A DNA stretch of 64,000 nt from the NCBI GenBank assembly GCA_965215185.1, contig OZ244034.1:2688001-2752000 (forward strand). The letters are read 5' to 3'. The position numbers were made by a program, and so were the translations under genes. Source of the DNA: Acidimicrobiia bacterium. Lineage in GTDB: Bacteria > Actinomycetota > Acidimicrobiia > Spongiisociales > ZC4RG35. Position 1 is the first letter of the stretch. Every line of letters begins with the position of its first letter. This document shows positions 20,202-30,968 of the stretch, in pieces. The notes beneath the pieces were generated by a model. That model searched no databases. It worked only from the letters and a program-made list of their open reading frames with translations, and had not been told where the DNA came from.

Positions 20202-20804
20202 ATGAAAATTGACTTCTATTTCGACCCTGTCTGTCCGTGGTGCTGGATAACGAGTCGCTGGCTGACGGAGGTCGCTCCCCAACGTCCGGTGGACATCCGC
20301 TGGTGCACCTTCAGCCTGTATATCAAGAACCAGGGCCGTGAACTCCCAGAACAGTATTGGGAGGTATCCGACTGGGGGCGGGGAGCGTTGCGGATCGTGG
20401 AAGCGGCCCGCTCCACCGAGGGAGAGCAGTTCGTAGGCGACTTCTACACCGAGCTGGGGGCCCGCTTTCACCACGACGAGGAATACTTGCCAGACCTGGC
20501 TGACAGCTTGGAAGCCATCGGACGCTCTGCGGACTGGGCCACCGCGGTTGATGATCCGCAATGGGATGAGGCGATCAAGACATCCATGTCGCAGGTGTTG
20601 GGCCTACTGGGGGATGACATCGGGGTACCTTCGATTGTGTTCGATGGGAAGTACGGCTACTTTGGACCGGTGATCTCCCCGGCGCCAACCGGTGAAGCCG
20701 CCTTGAAACTATTCGACGGCTTTGCCGCCTTGGCCGCTCAACCGGGGATCTGGGAGGTAAAGCGAGAACGAACCGTCGGCCCAGTTTTCGGTCCCCGCCC
20801 TTAA
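20202..20804 (+). CDS. DsbA-like thiol oxidoreductase (Rv2466c family)
   Basis: FDPVCPWCWITSRW, GVP, FGPVISPAP, EVKR. Confidence 0.88.
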   Translation: MKIDFYFDPVCPWCWITSRWLTEVAPQRPVDIRWCTFSLYIKNQGRELPEQYWEVSDWGRGALRIVEAARSTEGEQFVGDFYTELGARFHHDEEYLPDLADSLEAIGRSADWATAVDDPQWDEAIKTSMSQVLGLLGDDIGVPSIVFDGKYGYFGPVISPAPTGEAALKLFDGFAALAAQPGIWEVKRERTVGPVFGPRP

Positions 20805-20950
20805 CTGAAGGTTGGGGGAAATCTAAGGCTCCGGGGCGGGGAGGACGTTGACCAGCCACTGTCCTTGGTGTTCGGGATTCTGCCGTCTCTGGGCGGTGCT
20901 ATCCACAACAGCACTCTTCTGAACCCACCCGGCTCTTAGAATCTGGGCGT

Positions 20951-21757
20951 ATGTCGTCTTCCCCTTCTATAGCGGTGCTCGGCGCCGGGGCGATGGGGTC
21001 CGCCTTGGCCAGGGGCCTCTTGAGGAATGGCTGGTGTCCGGATGATCTGATCCTGGCTGAAGTTGTGGCCGAGCGAGCTGCTCAGGTAAAGGCTGAACTG
21101 GGGTGCGAATGTGTCTGCGATCCTGCCGAAGCCGTTAGGGGTCGGCAGGCTGTGGTAGTGGCGGTGAAGCCCCAGGACATAGAAACTCTGCTGGAGCAGG
21201 TGGCCCCAGTGATCACCCCGGATCAGGTGGTCATCACCCTGGCTGCCGGGGTTCGCATCGAGACCCTCGAAAAGGCGTTGGAGGAGACCCCGGTGGTGCG
21301 TGTTATGCCCAACACCCCGGCTCTTTTGGGCAAGGGCATCGCCGGTTTGGCGGGAGGCACATATGCGAGATCAAGCCATATGGCAATGGCCCGGATGGTG
21401 ATGGAAGCGGTGGGAGAGGTGGTGGAACTGGAGGAGGCCGACCTGGACGCGGTCACAGCAGTTTCCGGGTCCGGACCCGCCTATGTTTTTGCCTTGGCCG
21501 AGTCGATGACCGAGGCGGCTCTCAAACTGGGATTGCCGGCGGGCGTCGCGGCCAAGTTGGTGAATTACACAGTTTTGGGAGCGGGAGAGATGCTGGTACG
21601 CACCGGCCAGAGCGCCGCTCATCTACGTCGACAGGTTGCCTCGCCGGGTGGCACCACCGCGGCTGCGCTGGCGGTGATGAACCAGGGCGGGTTCTCGGAA
21701 CTGATGGTGCAGGCTCTTGAAGCAGCCCACGCCCGTTCCGTCGAGTTGGGCGGATAG
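20951..21757 (+). CDS. proC: Pyrroline-5-carboxylate reductase
   Basis: GAGAMG, RVMPNTP, SGSGPAY, SPGGTT. Confidence 0.96.
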   Translation: MSSSPSIAVLGAGAMGSALARGLLRNGWCPDDLILAEVVAERAAQVKAELGCECVCDPAEAVRGRQAVVVAVKPQDIETLLEQVAPVITPDQVVITLAAGVRIETLEKALEETPVVRVMPNTPALLGKGIAGLAGGTYARSSHMAMARMVMEAVGEVVELEEADLDAVTAVSGSGPAYVFALAESMTEAALKLGLPAGVAAKLVNYTVLGAGEMLVRTGQSAAHLRRQVASPGGTTAAALAVMNQGGFSELMVQALEAAHARSVELGG

Positions 21758-21774
21758 AAACCGGAGAGGGCCAG

Positions 21775-22206
21775 ATGCAGGCGCCGGAATTCACTCTCCT
21801 GGACCAAGATCGGACCCAGGTCTCCCTATCGGATTTCTCCGGTCAGCGGGTGGTGGTGTACTTCTATCCCAGGGCCATGACTTATGGTTGCACCATACAG
21901 GCGTGTGACTTTCGGGACAGCTATCAGGAGTTTCTGGATGCCGGTCTGGCGGTGGTGGGCATCAGCGGAGATCCGCCGGAGAGGCTCGCCAGATTCCGCG
22001 AGAAGGAGAATCTCCCTTTTCCTCTCTTGTACGACGAGGGTCATGCGGTAGCCCAAGCGTATGGCGCCTGGGGGGCGAAGAAGCTGTTCGGGGTGGTTCG
22101 CACAACTTTTGTGGTGGGTCCCAACGGAGAGTTGGAGAGGCAGTACTCTCATATTCGCCCCAAAGGACTGGTCGGTGAGGTCAAAAGCGACCTGCTGGAT
22201 TCCTGA
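21775..22206 (+). CDS. bcp: BCP/PrxQ peroxiredoxin, divergent copy
   Basis: FYPRAMTYGCTIQAC; resolving Arg in VRTTF; short loop deletion relative to the second copy. Confidence 0.9.
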   Translation: MQAPEFTLLDQDRTQVSLSDFSGQRVVVYFYPRAMTYGCTIQACDFRDSYQEFLDAGLAVVGISGDPPERLARFREKENLPFPLLYDEGHAVAQAYGAWGAKKLFGVVRTTFVVGPNGELERQYSHIRPKGLVGEVKSDLLDS

Positions 22207-22331
22207 TTGAGGAAGGCCACAACAGTGGCGTCCCCCAAGATTGATTTGAGGAAAAGTTAAGGGCCTGCAAGAGGCTCTTCTTCGCCGCTTCGCCGAAACT
22301 CGGCTGCGGCCGACAACGATCGCGGTGTGTA

Positions 22332-22754
22332 CTATTCTGCGAACAGCTTTACGTCCATGAGCTGCATGCGCTTTTTCGAGTCAGCCGGGTTGTGCGGCAC
22401 TCCGATGGCCAGGAGGCGGAATGAATCTCCCAAAGTGGCCCCTACCGCATGCGGCACTAGACCAGGTACGTATATGAGTTCACCTGGGAAGACCTGGAGT
22501 TGCTGCTCTTCGAATGTGACGGTCCCCTTGCCGAAGGTGCAGTACAGCAAGTGGTGACCTTCATGGATATGAGGAGGAAACGAGAATCCGCTGGGGATAT
22601 TCAATACTTCGGCGCCGAAGTAGTACCGCGAGTCCAAGACCACCGGTACCCGAAACAGCTTGTTGGCGGTAACACCCTCCACACCGTGCACCTTCACCCC
22701 ATCTTCGGGGTCGCATTCCATGTGAAGTAGACGGAAATCCTTAGTGGCTGCCAT
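22332..22754 (-). CDS. Cupin domain protein
   Basis: PPHIH..H..G and PGELIYVPGLVPH cupin motifs. Confidence 0.85.
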   Translation of the reverse strand: MAATKDFRLLHMECDPEDGVKVHGVEGVTANKLFRVPVVLDSRYYFGAEVLNIPSGFSFPPHIHEGHHLLYCTFGKGTVTFEEQQLQVFPGELIYVPGLVPHAVGATLGDSFRLLAIGVPHNPADSKKRMQLMDVKLFAE

Positions 22755-23045
22755 GATCGGGTCCTTTCGAGCGTTTCTTGCAAGCGGATCTTCGTCGGGC
22801 GCCCAACTCGTTATATGCTCAAAAGTACCCGTCTCCCGGGCTTATGAGGGAGAGTTTCTACCGATCTGCCATGTGCCACTTCGACGCTTCCGCAGGCTCG
22901 CCGAGGCATATGCGCTGAGCCTTGGCTATCAAGCGAGACCTGCCGAGGGTTTTGAGGTTGTTGCAACCCCTCCCCCGGTTTTCCAGGTAAGGGAACGGCT
23001 TCGTAGAGTGGGGTCGAGCGGTACATCGGGACTCAGGGGGAGTAC

Positions 23046-23492
23046 GTGAAAGCACCACAATTCACCTTGTTGGATCAGGATCTGAGTCCCGTCTCCCTGT
23101 CCGACTTCTCCGGTCAGAGACTGGTGGTGTTCTTCTACCCCAAGGCCATGACACCGGGTTGCACTGTCCAGGCGTGTGACTTTCGGGACAGCTACCGGGA
23201 ACTGCTCGAATCCGGACTGGCTGTGGTTGGGATCAGCCCCGATCCACCAGAGAGGCTGTCGGAGTTCCGCCGTAAAGAAAACCTGCCTTTCCCACTGCTG
23301 TCCGATGGGGACCACGCAGTCGCAGAGGCGTTCGGGGCTTGGGGCACCAAAACGCTGTATGGAAAAGAGACGGTTGGGCTTATCCGCTCCACCTTTGTGT
23401 TGGGTCCCGACGGTGAGGTGGAACGGGCCTTTCGGAATGTTCGGGCCAAGGGGCACGTAAGCCGCCTCAAACGAGACTTGGTGGGCCACTGA
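23046..23492 (+). CDS. bcp: BCP/PrxQ peroxiredoxin, canonical copy
   Basis: FYPKAMTPGCTVQAC, YGK..GLIRSTF; GGGGAG RBS before GTG. Confidence 0.93.
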   Translation: MKAPQFTLLDQDLSPVSLSDFSGQRLVVFFYPKAMTPGCTVQACDFRDSYRELLESGLAVVGISPDPPERLSEFRRKENLPFPLLSDGDHAVAEAFGAWGTKTLYGKETVGLIRSTFVLGPDGEVERAFRNVRAKGHVSRLKRDLVGH

Positions 23493-23603
23493 GGTTCTGC
23501 ACGACCCTGGAGCAGGGGTGGAGTATCCTTTGGGCGGACAAGCGGGGCAGGTGTACGTGAGAGGGCCCCGATTGACATCGACTGCGGGGAGCAATATCAC
23601 AGC

Positions 23604-25769
23604 ATGAAAGCGTCGAAGGTCTTGTTTGCCTTGGGGGTGGTTTCAGCGGTGGGGGTGATGGGGCTGTGGTGGTTGGGGGCGGTCATGCACGCCGAGCCAC
23701 CCGGCGACGTGGGGCGGGAGGTGTTCGGGAATATCCCGAGCGGTCTGGAAGCGGCTTTCTATGTCTCGATAGCCGCCTTCCTGTGGCTGGCTTTCTATCT
23801 GTTCTCCCTACGTGCTCGCAACTGGTCGCGGGGGGATTCGGAGAAGCGACTGGGTGAATGGAAGAGGAGGGTGCGCAGCCTGGCTGAAGGTCTTCGCATG
23901 AAGACCTTGTTGGAGGACACTGCCGCCGGCCTCATGCACTCCATGATCTATTTTGGATTCCTGGTGCTCTTGGCAGGAACTATCACCCTCGAAATAGATC
24001 ATCTGATGCCCGAGTTCCTCAAGTTCCTGCACGGCCCCTTCTACCTGGGGTATTCGGCGGTCTTGGACCTTTTCGCCCTGATCTTTTTGGGTGGCTTGGC
24101 ATGGGCGGTGTTCCGTCGTTACATTCGACCGCCGGCCCGCATAGCCTCTAAAACCCGGCCGGAGGACGCCCTGGTGCTGGGTCTTCTGATTCTGGTGGGC
24201 GTCACCGGACTGGTAACGGAAGCTGCCCGGATCGCGGTGGACGGCCAACCCGACTTCGAAAAGTGGTCTTTCGTCGGGTATCCGCTCTCTTTCCTGATGC
24301 CCTCGTCACCGCAGCTCTTCCATCAAGTGGTGTGGGGGATTCACGCCGCTTCCTTCCTGGCCTTCTTGGTGGTCCTTCCCATGACCAAACTGCGGCACGC
24401 GGTCACCTCACCGGTCAACATGTTTCTGTCTCCCAAAGAACGGGTGAAAGGTGCGATGAAGGCCATGCCCAACCTCATGGAGGCCGACGACCTCGAGATG
24501 ATTGGCGCGGCAACGGTGGGCGATCTGTCCTGGAAGCAGTTGTTTGACACCGACGCCTGCACTATTTGCGGCCGCTGCACCTCGGTATGCCCGGCCAACA
24601 TCACCGGCAAGACACTCGACCCCCGAGAGATCGTGGTCAAGGCGGGAGAGGTGCTCACAGCTTCCGGCCAACCGGTGGTGACCGCTCCGGTGGCTCTTCC
24701 CGCCGGCATCACCATCGACACCGACAGTCTCTTCGAACGCATATCTTCGGAGGAGGTCTGGTCGTGCACGTCCTGTCGAGCATGCGACGACATCTGTCCG
24801 GTCAACATCGAGATTCTCGACAAGATTCTCGACATGCGCCGCTACCTGACGCTGATGGAAGCCGATTTCCCGCCCGAGCTGGCCAAGGCCTTCGTGGGCA
24901 TGGAGAATCAGGGCAACCCCTGGGGCTTGGGAAGGGAACAGCGAATCGAGTGGACCAAGCAACTGGACTTTCCAGTCAGGGTCTTGGGGGTGGACGGGGT
25001 GGATTCTGCCGAGTACCTGTGGTTTGTGGGTTGTGCCGGGTCCTTCGACGATCGCAATCGGGCGGTGACCGTGTCACTGGCACGCTTGATGCACGCCGCA
25101 GGCATAGATTTCGCAGTGCTCGGGCCCCGGGAGATGTGTAACGGAGATCCCGCGCGGCGCAGTGGCAACGAGTTCGTCTACCAGCAGTTGGCCTTCCAAA
25201 ACATCGAGACCTTCGACTCTCTGGGAGTCAAGAAGGTGATCACCCAGTGCCCCCACTGTTTCAACACCCTGGCCAACGAGTACCCGCAACTAGGTGGGAA
25301 CTACGAGGTGATCCACCACAGCCAACTTCTGGCGGAACTGCTGAAGCGGGGAGCGCTGACCACTCCCAATGGGTCCTCCAACGGCGTGTCGGAGCCCCGC
25401 CGGGTCACCTATCACGACCCCTGTTACCTGGGTCGGCACAACGACATCTACCTGGCGCCCCGGGAAGTGGTGGCTGCTTCGGGCAAGGTCGAGATGGTGG
25501 AGATGCCCCGACACGGAACCAAGGCGCTGTGCTGCGGGGCGGGAGGAGCCCGGTTCTGGATGGAGGAACGTGTGGGGAAGAAAATCAATATCGAACGCAC
25601 CGAGGAGGCCTTGGCCACCGGCGCCTCGGAGGTGGCGGTTTCCTGTCCGTATTGTTATGTGATGTTGGATGACGGAGTTAAAGAGATTGGCCGGGCAGAG
25701 GAGGTGGTGGTGAGGGATATAGCGGAGATGTTGGCTGAGGCGGCTTTGGATGGGACGGACCACAGGTGA
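23604..25769 (+). CDS. Membrane Fe-S oxidoreductase, FadF/HdrD-like
   Basis: N-terminal TM helices, two CxxCxxCxxxCP motifs, two Cys-rich CCG-type domains. Confidence 0.9.
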   Translation: MKASKVLFALGVVSAVGVMGLWWLGAVMHAEPPGDVGREVFGNIPSGLEAAFYVSIAAFLWLAFYLFSLRARNWSRGDSEKRLGEWKRRVRSLAEGLRMKTLLEDTAAGLMHSMIYFGFLVLLAGTITLEIDHLMPEFLKFLHGPFYLGYSAVLDLFALIFLGGLAWAVFRRYIRPPARIASKTRPEDALVLGLLILVGVTGLVTEAARIAVDGQPDFEKWSFVGYPLSFLMPSSPQLFHQVVWGIHAASFLAFLVVLPMTKLRHAVTSPVNMFLSPKERVKGAMKAMPNLMEADDLEMIGAATVGDLSWKQLFDTDACTICGRCTSVCPANITGKTLDPREIVVKAGEVLTASGQPVVTAPVALPAGITIDTDSLFERISSEEVWSCTSCRACDDICPVNIEILDKILDMRRYLTLMEADFPPELAKAFVGMENQGNPWGLGREQRIEWTKQLDFPVRVLGVDGVDSAEYLWFVGCAGSFDDRNRAVTVSLARLMHAAGIDFAVLGPREMCNGDPARRSGNEFVYQQLAFQNIETFDSLGVKKVITQCPHCFNTLANEYPQLGGNYEVIHHSQLLAELLKRGALTTPNGSSNGVSEPRRVTYHDPCYLGRHNDIYLAPREVVAASGKVEMVEMPRHGTKALCCGAGGARFWMEERVGKKINIERTEEALATGASEVAVSCPYCYVMLDDGVKEIGRAEEVVVRDIAEMLAEAALDGTDHR

Positions 25770-25823
25770 ACCGGGAGGCCCTAGCCAACTGATGAGCGTT
25801 TTCGCAATACCGGTGAGATCTTG

Positions 25824-26630
25824 ATGCGGGTCGGATATCAGGGAGAGATCTACTCCTACAGCCATCAGGTAGCCACCGAGTTGTTCGCCGATCAGGAATT
25901 GTGTGGCTACCCGAACTTCTCTGCGGCCTTCTCGGCGATGAAGGCCGCAGAGGTGGACCGATTGGTGCTGCCTATCGAGAATTCCACCACCGGCAGTGTG
26001 CTGCCGGTGCTCAACAGGTTGGTCACCGGCGATCTCCACATCGTCGCCGAGTACAAGAAGGTGGCCACTCACAGCCTCCTGGGGCTTTCCGGCGCCGAGC
26101 TATCCGGGGTCCGTAAGGTGTTTTCCCATCCCGAGGCTCTGTCTCAAGCGGAGAGGACCATCGCCCGGCGGGGGTGGGAAGGGGTCCCCGTACATGACAC
26201 CGCCGGAGCGGTGCGGATCGTTGCATCCCAAGGTGATCCAGAACAGGCCGCGTTGGCACATATCAGCGCCGCAGCACTGGGTCTGGAGGTACTTTTGGAA
26301 AATGTGGTCGATCGGGTCGACAACACCACTCGTTTTGTGGTGCTTGCCCCCGGGGAGCCGTCCGTGCCCGAGGATGCCAACAAGACTTCGGTGGTCTTTG
26401 AAGTTCTCCACCGGCCCGGTTCGCTGGCCCTGGCCCTCACCGAACTAGCCGCCCGCGGCGCCAACCTGACCCGGATCGAATCCCGCCCCTCCACCGAGGC
26501 GTGGCGCTACCGTTTTTTTGTGGAATTGGTCCACTCCCCGGGACCCGAAGGCCTGTCCAAGGTGTTCAACCCGGACCTTGTGACCGTCAGTGACCTGCAG
26601 GTGCTGGGCAGTTACCAAGCCGCCCGCTGA
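25824..26630 (+). CDS. pheA: Prephenate dehydratase
   Basis: PIENSTTG, SHPEALSQ, NTTRF, ACT domain TRIESRP. Confidence 0.92.
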   Translation: MRVGYQGEIYSYSHQVATELFADQELCGYPNFSAAFSAMKAAEVDRLVLPIENSTTGSVLPVLNRLVTGDLHIVAEYKKVATHSLLGLSGAELSGVRKVFSHPEALSQAERTIARRGWEGVPVHDTAGAVRIVASQGDPEQAALAHISAAALGLEVLLENVVDRVDNTTRFVVLAPGEPSVPEDANKTSVVFEVLHRPGSLALALTELAARGANLTRIESRPSTEAWRYRFFVELVHSPGPEGLSKVFNPDLVTVSDLQVLGSYQAAR

Positions 26631-26631
26631 T

Positions 26632-27615
26632 TCACCGGCCGCGTTTGTGAGCTGAGCCATCAGCGGTTCGAGGGCGGTCTGAAAGGAGGTGGGAGGAGGA
26701 CTTCTCCATTGGAGGTCGTCGCGTACCCCGATTAGTGCATCGGGTTGCCTTCCCGTCCAGGCGGCCAGGTGAAGCGAAAACTCCTTACCAAGACCTTGGT
26801 CGACCCTCAGACGGTTGACCACGGTGCGGGGAAGCGATCCACCGCCAAGCCTGGCAAGAAGGGCTGCCGCCCGCACGATCCCAGAAGGGCTGGCCTCACA
26901 CACCACTACTCGCTCCCCTGGCCAATTCTCGAATGAGCGATGCCCGGGGCCCAGATCCACCACCACGGTCTGGTAATCCCAAAGGCGTGACCAGCCACCG
27001 TGGATCATTCCCCCAAACGTTTCACCGACGCCGCCCAACAGCACGTCGATGCCGTGGGTGTAATCGGTTCCTGGTAGCGGCTGGGTGGAGCAAGCCCGAG
27101 TCGAAGTCCCAAGGCGGGAGAGGGGTCTGCTTCGATCAGTAGGCAGGCGCCGCTTCGAGCACCCAACCAGGCCAGTCCCACCGCCACTTCGGTTCTCCCC
27201 GGAGCACCGCGTGGTCCTCCCACGGCCACCACCATGGGACTCTTCGGTGTAGTGTGACAGGTATTCGTGGAACGAGTGGCCAGCAAAATGGCGGCGGCTT
27301 GTTCGGGGTCGGGTTCTTCCAGCACGAAGTGGCATCCCCAGTCTTCCAGCAGGCGACAATTAACGGGTTGGTAAGGGTCGTTGACCCCGATGACGACGGT
27401 TCCCATCTGACGCCAGGTGTCCACCAGGCCGTGGGACAACCAGGGGATTTCTGTCCCCACCATCACCGCATCTGGTAGTTGATCTGCCAGTGCCCGGTGG
27501 ACCTGGGCCGGATGGAAGGCGCGTTCGACGATCCGAAGAGTTCCAGTCATTCTGGCTCTCTCACCAATTCGGTTTCCCACAGCGGCCCGACAGTGGTGAC
27601 CACCCGGGGGATCAT
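26632..27615 (-). pseudogene. Frameshifted CpaE/Ssd-like receiver plus P-loop protein
   Basis: [14 protein letters not shown], shift near 27558 to ARMTGTLRIVERAF..GPRGAPGRT, second shift near 27057 to ..TVVVDLG..GIVRAA..VVNR. Confidence 0.65.
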
Positions 27616-27914
27616 GGCAGTTCAACCATCTCGATGGCGGAGAAGGGAACAATCAGGCGGTTGGTGTCTCCCAACTCCACATGATCCCTCCCCACCGCCG
27701 AGGGTATGCCCTCGCACAGATGACCTCCTCGAACCCAGATGCGGATGGAGTGCGCCGCGTCTTCTTCGTCCAATAGACGATCTCGGAGGGTGGCCATGCG
27801 GCGGATCTGAAACATGGCGGCTTCCTGTTTGTACTCCAGGGCCGCGTCGAACCGCCGTTGAGCCAGATTCTCGAACACTTTGACCAGGTCTGGATGCTCC
27901 CGTGGGTCAGTCAT
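27612..27914 (-). CDS. Hypothetical protein coupled to the CpaE-like gene
   Basis: 100-aa [25 protein letters not shown]; GAAGG RBS; ATGA overlap downstream. Confidence 0.7.
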   Translation of the reverse strand: MTDPREHPDLVKVFENLAQRRFDAALEYKQEAAMFQIRRMATLRDRLLDEEDAAHSIRIWVRGGHLCEGIPSAVGRDHVELGDTNRLIVPFSAIEMVELP

Positions 27915-28074
27915 ATTTTCACCTTCAATCAGCCGCTTTATGACAATCTGGTATGCCCGAACCCATCGAGTCAACCCTGTAAAGAGGGTTTCAAGAAAAC
28001 TTTTCCCAACTCTGGCTTTACCTATCGATGGAAACCTGATAGCGTCAGGGGAAGTTTCGCCAGATAGGAGGTCT

Positions 28075-28578
28075 ATGCACGTATCACTTACGGTTAACGG
28101 CCAGCGAGCGGTGACCGATGTTGAACCGCGTACGCTGTTGGTCCACCTGTTGAGAGAAGAACTGGGTCTGACCGGTACCCATGTGGGCTGTGACACTTCA
28201 TATTGTGGGGCCTGCACAGTGATCCTCAACGGAAGAACCGTCAAATCATGCACCATGCTGGCCGTACAGGCGCAGGGCGCCGAGGTAACCACCATTGAGG
28301 GATTGGCCGCCAACGGCGATCTTCATCCCGTTCAGGAAGGTTTCTGGGAACGACATGGTCTCCAGTGCGGATTCTGCACACCGGGGATGATCATGTCGGC
28401 GGTGGGCCTGCTGTCTGAAAACGAGTCTCCTACAGAAAATGAAATACGCCATGGGTTGGAAGGCAATCTCTGCCGGTGCACCGGGTATCACAACATTGTG
28501 AGGGCTGTGGAGTACGCAGCCGCCAAGATGCGAGGCGAAGAACCACCAGCCCCCGAATGGGAGGAGGGCTCGGCGTGA
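28075..28578 (+). CDS. coxS: Molybdenum hydroxylase small 2Fe-2S subunit
   Basis: [25 protein letters not shown]; AGGAGG RBS. Confidence 0.93.
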   Translation: MHVSLTVNGQRAVTDVEPRTLLVHLLREELGLTGTHVGCDTSYCGACTVILNGRTVKSCTMLAVQAQGAEVTTIEGLAANGDLHPVQEGFWERHGLQCGFCTPGMIMSAVGLLSENESPTENEIRHGLEGNLCRCTGYHNIVRAVEYAAAKMRGEEPPAPEWEEGSA

Positions 28579-30968
28579 GTACCACCAGTGTCCTGGGCGG
28601 AGTGGTCAAGCGCCGGGAAGACCCAGCCCTGATCAGGGGTACCGGCCTGTATGTGGACGACCTGCAATTGACAGGAATGCTGCATGTGGCCTTCGTTCGC
28701 AGCCCTTATGCCCATGCCCGGATAGAGTCGATAGACGCATCCGATGCTCTGGCGATGGAAGGCGTTCGGGCGGTCTACACGGCTGCGGATGTCGCCCATC
28801 TCGGAGACTTGGTTACCCAAGTGGCGGTAGGAAAACTGCGGCCGCTCCTAGCGGGCGGTCATGTCAACCATCTGGGCGAGGCGGTGGCCATGGTAGTGGC
28901 CGACAGCCGCTACGGGGCCCGCGATGGCGCCGACGCAATTGATGTGGAATACGATCCGCTCGACCCGGTGATCGACCTCAAGGAGGCCGCTTCCGACGCC
29001 GCCCTGGTTCATGAAGACATGGCTTCCAATGTCCTGCTGGCCTGGGAAGGCGGTCCCTGGGGCGATGAGGATGGCATCGCTGCCACCAAGCAGACCATCG
29101 CCGACGCCAAGGCGCAAGACGACACGGTCTCCGTCTCGTTGGAAGCGGTGAATCAGCGGCTGCTGCCCATGCCGATGGAGCCCCGCGCGGTGGTGGCGGA
29201 CTGGAATGTCGGCTATGGTCGATTCACAGTCCATTCCTCCACCCAGATACCCCATGCCCTGGCGGGGGGAATCGCCCAGACCTTCGGGCTTTCCCTCAAC
29301 GATGTCCGGTGTATCGCCCCCGAGGTGGGCGGAGGATTCGGATGCAAACTCAATGTCTACAACGACGAGATCCTGGTCTGTTTCGCCTCCCAGCAACTGG
29401 GTAGTCCGGTCAAATTCACCGAGACCCGGCGGGACGCGGCAGGCTCCACCATTCACGGTCGGGGCTGGGTGGCGACCGCCACCATAACCGGGACCCGGGA
29501 CGGAAAGATCCTGGGATACGAGTTGGACGGCATCGCCGACATGGGCGCCTACAGTCAGAACTTCACGGTGGCCATTCCTTTCTTGGGACTGTTCGTTGGA
29601 GCTGGCCAATATGGGTTCCCCACCCATTGGAGAGTGGCCTGTGTGCACACTCACACCATGACCACCGACGCCTATCGCGGCGCTGGCCGGCCGGAAGCCG
29701 CCTATTACCTGGAGAGAGCTATCGACGCCTTTGCCCGGGAGATCGGGGTGGATCCGGCCGAGGTACGGAGACAGAACTATATCCCTGCCTCGAAATTCCC
29801 TGGCGCGGCGACTCATATCGGGTTCCCCATGGACACCGGCGACTACGAAATGAACCTCGACGCCCTGTTGGAGACCGCCGGCTATGACGAGCTCAAGGCC
29901 GAGCGGGACCAAATGCGGGCCGAGGGAAGGCTGGTGGGTCTGGGCCTGGCCACCTATGTGGAAGTATGCGGTTTCGGTCCTTCCGCGTTGGTGGATCTGG
30001 GATTCTCCTGGGCGGCCTACAAGATACCCTCCGGATTCAGCGGATCGGGCCTGGTTCGTGTGCATGCCGACGGCACCGCCTCGGTGATCATCGGCACCGG
30101 CCCCTCTGGACAAGGTCATCAGACCACTTGGGCGCAGATTGTCTCCCAACAGTTGGGGATCACGATGGAGAACATCAGGGTAACCCATGGAGATACCGCC
30201 GAATCGCCGCTGGGTATCGGAACCTTCGGGTCCCGCTCCGCGGCGGTGGACGGATCGGCCACCTACGAGGCTGCCAACAAGGTGGCGGCCAAGGCCGCCC
30301 AACTGGCCGCCCATCTGCTGGAGGCCTCCTCGGACGACATCGTGTTCGCCGACGGCGGCGCCCATGTGGCCGGTTCACCCGACCAGCAGGTGTCGTGGTC
30401 CGACATCGCCACCCTGGCTTATCAACCTCACCGACTGCCCGCAGGCATGGAGGGAGGCCTGGAGGCCCACGCCGTGTTCAGTCCCGCCAACGCCACCTGG
30501 CCATTTGGTTCCCACCTGGCCTTGGTGGAGGTGGATGGCGACACTGGCGACGTCTCGCTGCTCCGCTACATAGCCATGGATGACTGCGGAAACGTCATTA
30601 ATCCGATGATCGTGGACGGACAGATCCACGGCGGTCTGGCGCAGGGAATCGGCCAGGCGATGTTTGAGGATGGCGAGTATGAGTCGGACGGAAACCTGCT
30701 CAAGTGGTCGCTTGTGGAGTACCCACTGCCAACCGCTGTCGATCTGCCTTCCTTCGAGTTGCATCGAACCGTTACTCCCACGGATGTCAATCCGTTGGGC
30801 GTGAAGGGGATCGGCGAGGCGGGTACCATCGGGTCGGCGCAAACTGTGGTCAACGCGGTTGTCGACGCTCTTTCGCCCTTGGGGGTGACACATGTGGATA
30901 TGCCCCTGCGCCCCAAGCGGGTGTGGGAGGCGATCCAAGCGGCCAAGACGAACGGGAGTGTGAGCTGA
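28575..30968 (+). CDS. coxL: Molybdenum hydroxylase large subunit, form II CoxL-like
   Basis: [34 protein letters not shown]. Confidence 0.88.
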   Translation: MSTTSVLGGVVKRREDPALIRGTGLYVDDLQLTGMLHVAFVRSPYAHARIESIDASDALAMEGVRAVYTAADVAHLGDLVTQVAVGKLRPLLAGGHVNHLGEAVAMVVADSRYGARDGADAIDVEYDPLDPVIDLKEAASDAALVHEDMASNVLLAWEGGPWGDEDGIAATKQTIADAKAQDDTVSVSLEAVNQRLLPMPMEPRAVVADWNVGYGRFTVHSSTQIPHALAGGIAQTFGLSLNDVRCIAPEVGGGFGCKLNVYNDEILVCFASQQLGSPVKFTETRRDAAGSTIHGRGWVATATITGTRDGKILGYELDGIADMGAYSQNFTVAIPFLGLFVGAGQYGFPTHWRVACVHTHTMTTDAYRGAGRPEAAYYLERAIDAFAREIGVDPAEVRRQNYIPASKFPGAATHIGFPMDTGDYEMNLDALLETAGYDELKAERDQMRAEGRLVGLGLATYVEVCGFGPSALVDLGFSWAAYKIPSGFSGSGLVRVHADGTASVIIGTGPSGQGHQTTWAQIVSQQLGITMENIRVTHGDTAESPLGIGTFGSRSAAVDGSATYEAANKVAAKAAQLAAHLLEASSDDIVFADGGAHVAGSPDQQVSWSDIATLAYQPHRLPAGMEGGLEAHAVFSPANATWPFGSHLALVEVDGDTGDVSLLRYIAMDDCGNVINPMIVDGQIHGGLAQGIGQAMFEDGEYESDGNLLKWSLVEYPLPTAVDLPSFELHRTVTPTDVNPLGVKGIGEAGTIGSAQTVVNAVVDALSPLGVTHVDMPLRPKRVWEAIQAAKTNGSVS

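Noticed and set aside
28575-30968. True aerobic CO dehydrogenase
   Set aside because: AYRGAGR motif and S-L-M order indicate form II.
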